46,468 bases of DNA, from contig VMTH01000153.1 of NCBI GenBank assembly GCA_013791745.1, positions 1 through 46,468 of the forward strand, read 5' to 3'. This document shows positions 40,059-46,468 of this stretch, in pieces (positions within the stretch are counted from its first letter, which is position 1; each line of letters begins with the position of its first letter). The notes below the pieces were generated by a model. That model worked only from the letters and a program-made list of their open reading frames with translations. It was not told the origin of the DNA and made no database searches. The stretch comes from Candidatus Omnitrophota bacterium. Lineage in GTDB: Bacteria > CG03. Position numbers and translations under genes: made by a program.

Positions 40059-41038
40059 CCTAAAACCCTCGCTTTGTCCTCCAGGACATAAACATCTTCC
40101 ACCCGCACCCCGCCGATGCCGCTGAAATAAAGGCCCGGCTCAAGAGTGAAAACCATCCCTTTCTCAAATTTTGCCCTTTCCCGGCAATTTATGGCTGGCC
40201 ATTCATGGACATCAAGCCCTATGCCGTGGCCGGCGGAATGGAGTATGTTTTTTTCAAAACCCTGATCGGCGAGATATTTTTTTATCATCCTGCCTATCCC
40301 GCCTATCTCCGCGCCCGGCACAATATGCGGCAAGGCCGTCTCTCTTGCCTTTTTCACCGCCGCGTAAGCCCTGCCTAAAAGAGTTTTTATGTTAAATAAT
40401 CCCTTCATTCTCGTCAAGTCAGCGCGATAATCCTTATATATGACACCCATGTCTATGAGCGCTGCGCCGCGCCGTGAGTATTTTTTTCCGGAAGGGATGT
40501 GGTGGGGATATGCGCTGTTCGCGCCGAAAGCGACAATAGGCTCAAACGCCGGCCCGCCGGATAGAGAGTGCGCGCGCGCGGATATATAAGAGGCGGCGTC
40601 TCTCTCGCTCATTCCCTCTGTCAAACGCACTCCGGAGCAGAGGCGCTTACTTATTTTTTGGGCCGTGGCTATCTTCTTTATTTCTCCGGGCTCTTTTAAT
40701 GCGCGTATCTTCGCAAAAAGCGGCTCTTTTTTAATGACAGTACAGCCGGTCATTTTCTTTAAGGCCGAAAGAGACGATACGGATATTTTGGAAGGCTCAA
40801 TGCCGGTTTTCCCCAGTTTTATATTTTTCAGTTCCGCCACAGGCACTGTCCATTTTTTTTTGCAGGGGGAAAGGCTGTTCAGAAAGAGCCTGGCCCCGCC
40901 TCTGTTAAAGAGGAGGTAGGCTCCATCTGTGCGCATCCCTGTAAAATAAAATATATCCGAAGGGTCGCAGGTGACGGCCGAGTCAAGGCCGTTTTGTTCC
41001 AGCAAGCGAGCGAGCCTCCCGCAGCGGAGGGTGTTCAT
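40055..41038 (-). CDS. M24-family Xaa-Pro aminopeptidase
   Basis: Metal ligand blocks ALIDMGVIYKDYRADLTR, HGIGLDVHEWP, EPGLY..GGVRVEDV. Conserved aroQ-pepP-efp neighbourhood. Confidence 0.85.
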   Translation of the reverse strand: MNTLRCGRLARLLEQNGLDSAVTCDPSDIFYFTGMRTDGAYLLFNRGGARLFLNSLSPCKKKWTVPVAELKNIKLGKTGIEPSKISVSSLSALKKMTGCTVIKKEPLFAKIRALKEPGEIKKIATAQKISKRLCSGVRLTEGMSERDAASYISARAHSLSGGPAFEPIVAFGANSAYPHHIPSGKKYSRRGAALIDMGVIYKDYRADLTRMKGLFNIKTLLGRAYAAVKKARETALPHIVPGAEIGGIGRMIKKYLADQGFEKNILHSAGHGIGLDVHEWPAINCRERAKFEKGMVFTLEPGLYFSGIGGVRVEDVYVLEDKARVLG

Positions 41039-41472
41039 TTTTTCTTTAACAGCGAAACAAGAGCCCTCAGCGCGAGCATATATGATTCAGAACCGAACCC
41101 GCTTATCTGACCGGCGCACACCGGCGCGGTCATGGATTTGGACCTGAAATCCTCTCTTGAATATATGTTGGACATGTGAGCTTCGGCAAAAGGGATCTTG
41201 GCGGCTTCTATGGCGTCTCTTATGGCCACGGATGTGTGGGTGTAGGCCGCGGGATTTATCACGGCTCCGTCATATTTTTCATCCGCGCTTCCTATCTCGG
41301 ACACTATGTCGCCTTCAGACGCGCTCTGGTAGAAGCTCACCTCCACGCCGAGTTCCTGAGCGAGCGCGCTTATTTTTTTGTTTATTTCAGCAAGCGTTTC
41401 AGCGCCGTAAACCGAGGCGTCTCTTTTACCCAGCTTATCCATGTTGGGACCGTTGATCACAAGTATTTTCAT
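41035..41472 (-). CDS. aroQ: Type II 3-dehydroquinate dehydratase
   Basis: MKILVINGPNMDKLGKRD..YG, INPAAYTHTSVAIRDA, HMSNIYSRE. GGAGG 5 nt upstream of the ATG at 41472; the listed start 41544 is an extension. Confidence 0.9.
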   Translation of the reverse strand: MKILVINGPNMDKLGKRDASVYGAETLAEINKKISALAQELGVEVSFYQSASEGDIVSEIGSADEKYDGAVINPAAYTHTSVAIRDAIEAAKIPFAEAHMSNIYSREDFRSKSMTAPVCAGQISGFGSESYMLALRALVSLLKKK

Positions 41473-41494
41473 ATTTCCTCCCGCTTTCGCATCC

Positions 41495-42418
41495 TCACAA
41501 TTTTCCATTATATAAAATTTTTTCGATTTCCGCCGCTGTTTCATCCGGGTTTTTGTTAAAAACGCTGATTCCGACGGCGCCTTTTTTTCTCCACCAGATC
41601 TCCTGTTTCCTTGAGAGCTGATGCGTTCTGAATTTTATTTTTTCCGCGGCTTCCGCCAGAGTGAGTTTTCCCCTGATGTGTTCAAGTATTTCCTTATATC
41701 CTATGGCCGAGAAAGGCGGCGCGCTTTCCGGCACTCCTCTTTTTAATATCCTCAGAACCTCCTTTACAAGTCCCTTCGCTATCATCCAGTCAACCCTTTC
41801 GTCTATCCTGCGGTAAAGTTCCTCTCTCGGCATTGAAAGAAAAAACACTTTCAGGGGAATGCCGGATATGAAATTTTTCGCCAGCGCCTCGCCGGGCGGC
41901 AGACCGGTGACGCGGCGGATCTCAAGAGCTCTTCCGACCCTGCGCGGATTTCGTTTGTCAATGGAGGAAAACATCGCGTAATCGGCTTGCTCCAATTCTT
42001 TCAGCTGCTCTTCCAGCGTCATGGCCGCGACCTCGGCGCGTATTTTCGCCGATGAAGGTATGGGAGAAATACCGTCTTTAAGAGAGCTGATGTAAAGGCC
42101 GGTTCCGCCGCATATGATAGGTAATTCGGCCCGCCGTTTGATTTTCGCCGCGATTCGCCGGGCGAGGATCACAAAATCTCCGGCAGAAAACTGTTTTTCG
42201 GGATCCCTGCATCCCACAAGATAATGCTTTATTCTTTTCCTCATCGAAGCAGGAGGTTTGGATGTGCCGATGTTGAAATATTTGTAAACGCTCTGCGAGT
42301 CGGCGTTTATTATCGCCCCGTTTGTCCTCAGCGCCAACGCGAAAGCCGTGTCGGTTTTTCCTGAAGCCGTGGAGCCGGTAATCACCGGAACCGCTGAAAC
42401 AGCCGGCGGTATCTTCAT
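41495..42418 (-). CDS. miaA: tRNA dimethylallyltransferase
   Basis: P-loop ITGSTASGKTDTA, INADSQSVYKYFNIGTSKP. The start at MKIPPAV (42418) gives an ATGA overlap with the upstream gene; the listed start 42553 is an extension. Confidence 0.9.
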   Translation of the reverse strand: MKIPPAVSAVPVITGSTASGKTDTAFALALRTNGAIINADSQSVYKYFNIGTSKPPASMRKRIKHYLVGCRDPEKQFSAGDFVILARRIAAKIKRRAELPIICGGTGLYISSLKDGISPIPSSAKIRAEVAAMTLEEQLKELEQADYAMFSSIDKRNPRRVGRALEIRRVTGLPPGEALAKNFISGIPLKVFFLSMPREELYRRIDERVDWMIAKGLVKEVLRILKRGVPESAPPFSAIGYKEILEHIRGKLTLAEAAEKIKFRTHQLSRKQEIWWRKKGAVGISVFNKNPDETAAEIEKILYNGKL

Positions 42419-42855
42419 TCTTCTATGAATTTTAAAAAAGCTTCTATGTCCAGGTCGGTGTCGGCGCAGCCGTCGCGGGAAAGGGGGAAGAACTGAACGG
42501 GTATCTTGAATTCCCCGCAGATCTTCTGGCCTAAAAACCCTTCCCATTGGCACGCGATACCTATGACACCGCCGGGCTTGTCTTTTTCAAAAAGAGAGGG
42601 TATTATTTTCCCGCCTTTGAGTATATAAACTTTTTTATATCCGAGTTCCGAGGCCTTCTTCCGGATAGTTTTGATCTTGCACGCTCCGCAGTCCGCGCAG
42701 ATAAAAAACGGGCCCGATTCTTCGGCGGCGCATTTTTTGGAATTTCTCAGGCACTGCGGGATCAGGATCATCCTTCCGGAAAAAGGGATCTTGAGAAATT
42801 TTTTCCGGTTTTTTTTATTTGTTGCAGCAACCTGTTTTGTATATTTGTCTTTCAT
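42415..42855 (-). CDS. DUF116-type Cys-rich protein
   Basis: The pattern LIPQCL..C..(x)..CADCGACKI..GG..VIGIAC..GC resembles DUF116 family members. Function unknown. Confidence 0.55.
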   Translation of the reverse strand: MKDKYTKQVAATNKKNRKKFLKIPFSGRMILIPQCLRNSKKCAAEESGPFFICADCGACKIKTIRKKASELGYKKVYILKGGKIIPSLFEKDKPGGVIGIACQWEGFLGQKICGEFKIPVQFFPLSRDGCADTDLDIEAFLKFIEE

Positions 42856-42943
42856 AATTTGCTTAACATGCCGGCAGGGAACCGCCGTTAATGGCGGTAA
42901 AATAATCTATCGCTCCCTGTTAACTTCTTCTTAAAATGTAACA

Positions 42944-43016
42944 TGCCGGGGGACGGAATCGAACCGCCGACACGCTGATTTTCAGTCAACTGCTCTACCG
43001 ACTGAGCTACCCCGGC
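42944..43016 (-). tRNA. tRNA-Phe: tRNA-Phe (anticodon GAA), 73 nt, no encoded CCA
   Basis: The minus-strand GCCGGGGTAGCTCAGTCGGTAGAGCAGTTGACTGAAAATCAGCGTGTCGGCGGTTCGATTCCGTCCCCCGGCA folds into a cloverleaf: 7-bp acceptor, GCTC/GAGC D stem, CTGAAAA anticodon loop, GGTTCGATTCC T-arm. Confidence 0.92.
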
Positions 43017-43141
43017 ATTGGCGGAGTGTATAAAATTTATGATTTCAAGTCAAAAATATACGCGGGTTATTGCCAAGGTTTTCTAATTTGGCTATAATAA
43101 GCGGTAAAGTTTTGATGGTATAGTTAAATGGAGATTTTATA

Positions 43142-44215
43142 ATGGCAAAATTACCCGAACTCAATATAGGTGATTTAAACATACCCGTCCCCATAATACA
43201 GGGCGGAATGGGTGTGAGAATATCACTTGCGCGCCTGGCCGCCGCCGTCGCCAACGAAGGCGGTGTCGGCACGATTTCCGCCGCTCTCATCGGCGGCCTC
43301 AAAAGCAATCTGACGCTGGATGACAGCACGCTGGCGGACATTAAAGAACTTGTTGAGGAACTGAAGAAGGCCTCCGCTCTTACCACCGGTGTTATCGCCG
43401 TGAATGTGATGGTGGCCCTGACAAACTATTCCGCGCTCGTCCAGGCCGCGGCTCAGAATAACGCGCAAATAATAGTTGCCGGAGCCGGACTTCCGCTGAC
43501 ACTTCCAAAACTTGTGGAAGGCACACGGGCAAAAATCATCCCCATTGTGTCTTCCGGCCGCGCCGCCGATCTGATCTGCCGGACATGGTTAAAAAAATAT
43601 GACCGTCTCCCGGACGCCATGGTCGTTGAAGGGCCGAAGGCCGGCGGCCATCTCGGTTTCCGCTTTGAAGATCTGGAGCCGGAAAGTGCCATGCCGGAGC
43701 TCGGAAACATCGTCTCCGATGTGGTGAAGGTAGCCGCGCAATACGGCAGGAACAGAAAAATACCTGTCATCGGCGGCGGGGGTGTGAGCACGGGTAAGGA
43801 TATAGCCGATATGCTCAAGCGCGGCGCTTCGGGCGTTCAGATAGCCACAAGATTTGTGCCGACTTATGAATGCGACGCCTCGGAGGCTTTCAAAGAAGCC
43901 TATGTCAACGCCAAAAAAGAGGATATAACAATAATCAAAAGCCCGGTGGGCATGCCCGGCCGTGCGCTAAATAACGATTTTATAAAACGCGCCCGGCGCG
44001 GTGAAGTCAAATTCAAATGTTTCTATCAGTGCCTCAAAACCTGCAATCCCGCGAAATCGCCCTATTGCATAGCTCAGGCGCTCATAAACGCCGCGGACGG
44101 CAAGCTCGACGAAGCCGTTGTGTTCGTCGGCGCCAACGCCTGGCGGACAGAAAAAATCGTTTCGGTGAAAGACGTTGTGAAAGAGCTCGTAACGGAAGCC
44201 GAAGCAAATCTATAA
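43142..44215 (+). CDS. Nitronate monooxygenase / FabK-like FMN oxidoreductase (NPD family)
   Basis: IPVPIIQGGMGVRIS..LAAAVANEGGVGTIS, VVEGPKAGGHLG, IPVIGGGGVSTGKDIA..GVQIATRFV. Cys-rich C-terminal insert CFYQCLKTCNP. Confidence 0.75.
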   Translation: MAKLPELNIGDLNIPVPIIQGGMGVRISLARLAAAVANEGGVGTISAALIGGLKSNLTLDDSTLADIKELVEELKKASALTTGVIAVNVMVALTNYSALVQAAAQNNAQIIVAGAGLPLTLPKLVEGTRAKIIPIVSSGRAADLICRTWLKKYDRLPDAMVVEGPKAGGHLGFRFEDLEPESAMPELGNIVSDVVKVAAQYGRNRKIPVIGGGGVSTGKDIADMLKRGASGVQIATRFVPTYECDASEAFKEAYVNAKKEDITIIKSPVGMPGRALNNDFIKRARRGEVKFKCFYQCLKTCNPAKSPYCIAQALINAADGKLDEAVVFVGANAWRTEKIVSVKDVVKELVTEAEANL

Positions 44216-44220
44216 AATTT

Positions 44221-44778
44221 CTATCCGGAAAGCAGGGAGTTTATTTTTTTCTGTATCCTTTTTCCGTATCCCGCAATTATCCGATGCAGGAGTTTTCTGT
44301 CTAATTTTTTGGCCCAAACCTGAATAATGCCTTTTATGTCCTCAATGTCCCGGTAACTTCCCGCGAGAGCTTTCATCACTATCAGATCTTCCGCCGCCGC
44401 GACATTAAGAGTGTTTTTCTGAAACTGGACTTTTTGGGCATTCTTGAAAACATTATGTTTTATGCTTCTGATGCCCGACAAAAGATCAACCCTGTTTCCA
44501 TATTTATCTGTTACTGTTATGACCATACTTATAGGGTCGTCAAAACCGCCTTTTCTGACTTCGGTAATCAAACCTTTTTTTTTCAACGCGCCACAGAGTT
44601 TATTTTCATCTTCTTTCTCAATCTGAATCACGGCATCGGCGTCCAGACTCGCGCGCGGCAGGCCGTAAACGGAAACAGCGGCGGCGCCAATAAGCAGATA
44701 AGGTATTTTTAAATTATTTAATTCATCTGCGACATCAAGCATCAGCAAAAGCGATTCGCCGTAGTTTTTAGCGCGCAA
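44221..44778 (-). CDS. Nucleotidyltransferase-fold protein (DUF2204/AbiEii-like putative toxin component)
   Basis: Minimal NTase signature IGAAAVSVYGLPRASLDADAVI (hG[GA]..G..R.T.D.D). 11-nt overlap with the upstream small ORF. Confidence 0.55.
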   Translation of the reverse strand: MRAKNYGESLLLMLDVADELNNLKIPYLLIGAAAVSVYGLPRASLDADAVIQIEKEDENKLCGALKKKGLITEVRKGGFDDPISMVITVTDKYGNRVDLLSGIRSIKHNVFKNAQKVQFQKNTLNVAAAEDLIVMKALAGSYRDIEDIKGIIQVWAKKLDRKLLHRIIAGYGKRIQKKINSLLSG

Positions 44779-45082
44779 TTTTCAAACTCCTGTTATTTTT
44801 TCCGCTAAGTGAGAGCAAAGCTATATCACGGGACAAATTAAAATACGCGGCCAAACGCACCCCCGCCGTCTTTTTTTTAGCGGCTGATATCAACTCCTGT
44901 TTAAGACGGCTCCTTAGGAGAGCGCCGTTTTTTTCTCTTGTCCACCGTATTTTCGCGGCATGTTCGGCGCTCTCCGATTTTTTTTCCGGCGTCATGCGCT
45001 TCGCCCGGGCAAGTCCCCCTCTTCGTCCGAGAAGGCGTGCTATTCCGCTGAAATCAGTGGCCTGTTTTTCATTTGCTGTCAT
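44768..45082 (-). CDS. Small basic protein, putative cognate partner (antitoxin-like) of the nucleotidyltransferase
   Basis: 104 aa with an Arg/Lys-rich GRRGGLARAKRMTPEKKSESAEHAAKIRW segment. Translationally coupled to the NTase gene. Confidence 0.4.
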   Translation of the reverse strand: MTANEKQATDFSGIARLLGRRGGLARAKRMTPEKKSESAEHAAKIRWTREKNGALLRSRLKQELISAAKKKTAGVRLAAYFNLSRDIALLSLSGKNNRSLKIAR

Positions 45083-45133
45083 ATTATCATTATATGCTTA
45101 GCGCTACGCATTGTCAAGCGAAGTGGGAGCTTG

Positions 45134-45153
45134 CAATTGTTAACTTACAATTG
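45134..45153. promoter_or_regulatory. Perfect 7-bp inverted repeat (CAATTGT-N6-ACAATTG), candidate operator upstream of the two-gene NTase module
   Basis: Read directly. It lies 52-71 nt upstream of the ATG at 45082 (minus strand). Confidence 0.3.
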
Positions 45154-45179
45154 GCTGAAATATTTGATAATATTTCAAC

Positions 45180-45296
45180 ATGGCAATATTATATGCGCAC
45201 GGCTATGGAAGCAAAACTGTTTCAACCACGGGCGTGGATACATTAAAACGAATTGCTAATGCGCTCAAAGTCAAAATTGACGATTTCACGGAGTGA
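45180..45296 (+). pseudogene. 38-codon ORF resembling only the C-terminal half of an XRE-type HTH domain (probable remnant)
   Basis: MAILYAHGYGSKTVSTTGVDTLKRIANALKVKIDDFTE*. The ..TLxxIAxALxVxIDD.. tail is typical of XRE HTH domains, but helices 1-3 are missing. An in-frame TAA lies 12 nt upstream of the ATG. Confidence 0.3.
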
Positions 45297-46468
45297 TGAA
45301 CGCTAAATCTAAAATAATAAATGTTTCATATGTCCTTTCACTTTTGTTACTTATAGGCGTTGTTGCTCCGGCTGTAGCGGAAAATAACGAACACGTATCG
45401 CTTCGAAAGAATGCCGAGAAGCTGAAGCATGATGGAAATTACAAGGAAGCTTTGGAGATATACAATAAACTGGTTATTAATCCCCTTAACAATTCGCAAA
45501 AAGTGGGAGAGGATCTTCAAATGGCCGTCCAATGTATGAGCCAACTCAACCGTATTGACGAGGCCGATCAGCTGATCGAGGACGCCGTAAAGATCCATAA
45601 AAATAATTGGCGCTTGCTTATGTCCGCCGCGCGTAGTTATTTCGACGCCCAGCATTCCGGATATATCGTCGCCGGCGAGTTTTTCAGGGGGCATCACCGA
45701 GGCGGTGGGAAATACGTAAACTCAATTGAGCGCGACAGGACCCGAGCCCTTCAACTCATGGAACAAGCCGTCACAAAAGCTGAGAAAGAATATGCCGTTG
45801 ATGAGCTTACTGATATTTATCTTGAATTTGCGCGTATGCTGGTAGGAGATCGTGGATACAACGGAGCATGGAGGCTCCAGTATTTGACAGACCTTTCCGT
45901 TTTGCCGGATTATGAAGATGGATACTGGCACTGGAGCAGCCGGTCTCAGGGAGCGCCGGTCGATGCTGACGGTAATCCTGTTTTTTACTATGTTCCTGAA
46001 AGCTATGCCAAAGCCCTGACAGATGGAGAGCGGTGGCGGTGCATGCTCAAACAGGCGATGGAGCGCAATCCCGAAAGAACAAACGAAATACAGTTGGGCT
46101 TTGCAAACTTTCTTCAACAGCAGTTTGGCGTTAATACGATGGCTTACTACGGCTGGTTCCGTGGATATAATGACGGGGACAAGAATACAAGCGGGACATA
46201 CGATTTGCCCACACTGAAAGAAAAAGAAACTATAGCACGCCTAGCTACGGGGATTAGCCGCTTCACCCTGCCGGATGAGTTCAACTTTATCAAGATATAC
46301 AAAGAAATAGCTAGGGGCAAAGATTCATTTAAGCGTTCTGCCAACTGGGCACTTGCGGACCTCTTTGAAAACAGACTACAGTTTACTAAAGCCGTCAGTT
46401 ACTGGAAAAAGGTTAATGATACAGCCAGTACTGACAGAATCAATAATATTATTGGTAATTGGGGCCGA
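45296..46468 (+). CDS. 5' part (391 codons) of a large secreted protein that runs off the window; not in the supplied ORF track
   Basis: ATG at 45296, and the frame stays open to nt 46468 (1173 nt, checked codon by codon). Signal peptide MNAKSKIINVSYVLSLLLLIGVVAPAVA/EN. TPR-like GNYKEALEIYNKLV. The two listed minus-strand ORFs here are its shadows. Confidence 0.7.
   Translation, partial: MNAKSKIINVSYVLSLLLLIGVVAPAVAENNEHVSLRKNAEKLKHDGNYKEALEIYNKLVINPLNNSQKVGEDLQMAVQCMSQLNRIDEADQLIEDAVKIHKNNWRLLMSAARSYFDAQHSGYIVAGEFFRGHHRGGGKYVNSIERDRTRALQLMEQAVTKAEKEYAVDELTDIYLEFARMLVGDRGYNGAWRLQYLTDLSVLPDYEDGYWHWSSRSQGAPVDADGNPVFYYVPESYAKALTDGERWRCMLKQAMERNPERTNEIQLGFANFLQQQFGVNTMAYYGWFRGYNDGDKNTSGTYDLPTLKEKETIARLATGISRFTLPDEFNFIKIYKEIARGKDSFKRSANWALADLFENRLQFTKAVSYWKKVNDTASTDRINNIIGNWGR

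Noticed and set aside
42877-42897. Hairpin ACCGCC-gttaat-GGCGGT between tRNA-Phe and the DUF116 gene
   Set aside because: No U-tract follows it on the transcribed (minus) strand, so it is not a convincing intrinsic terminator.
45347-46117. Minus-strand ORFs 45347..45697 and 45722..46117 from the ORF track
   Set aside because: The plus strand carries a continuous 1173-nt open frame with a signal peptide across the same region. The minus-strand products have no start context or motifs.

Overview
46.5-kb window from a didermic (Gram-negative-type) bacterium: LPS-heptose genes, beta-barrel outer-membrane proteins and lipoproteins are present. It is densely coded, with about 48 protein genes and one tRNA-Phe. 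I saw no rRNA, CRISPR array, transposase or integrase. Standard code 11 applies, because TGA is a routine stop, often in ATGA start/stop overlaps. The housekeeping backbone looks GC-rich (63% in one 60-nt sample) and contains nadK, a Crp-OMP-Rel string, rpmB, recG, two HEAT-repeat proteins and a fused DPD-like Fe-S flavoprotein. It also contains ssnA and a co-directional minus-strand run of tRNA-Phe plus 16 genes (29387-43016): DUF116-miaA-aroQ-M24 peptidase-efp-accB-accC-gmhA-hldC-deacetylase-mltG-tldD-cyclase-crp-PII-purH. Three segments look accessory. (i) 1.6-9.7 kb is a surface-protein cluster with a 1575-aa LamG/Kelch/LamG/TM/TPR/FG-GAP giant. (ii) 20.8-25.4 kb is a visibly AT-rich island carrying Mrr, an orphan 519-aa protein with a C-terminal Swt1-like HEPN RNase domain, and two unknown co-oriented ORFs. 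This is my best candidate for an undescribed defence system. (iii) 44.2-45.3 kb holds a nucleotidyltransferase two-gene module. Other notable points are an AccB whose biotinyl-lysine is replaced by Gly, and a purH frame interrupted by two in-frame TGA codons. There is also a self-contained CHASE2-cyclase/Crp/PII-like cassette, a Rel protein ending straight after its TGS domain, and a 391-codon partial ORF at the 3' edge that the ORF track omits. All calls rest on motif reading by eye; no database search was possible.
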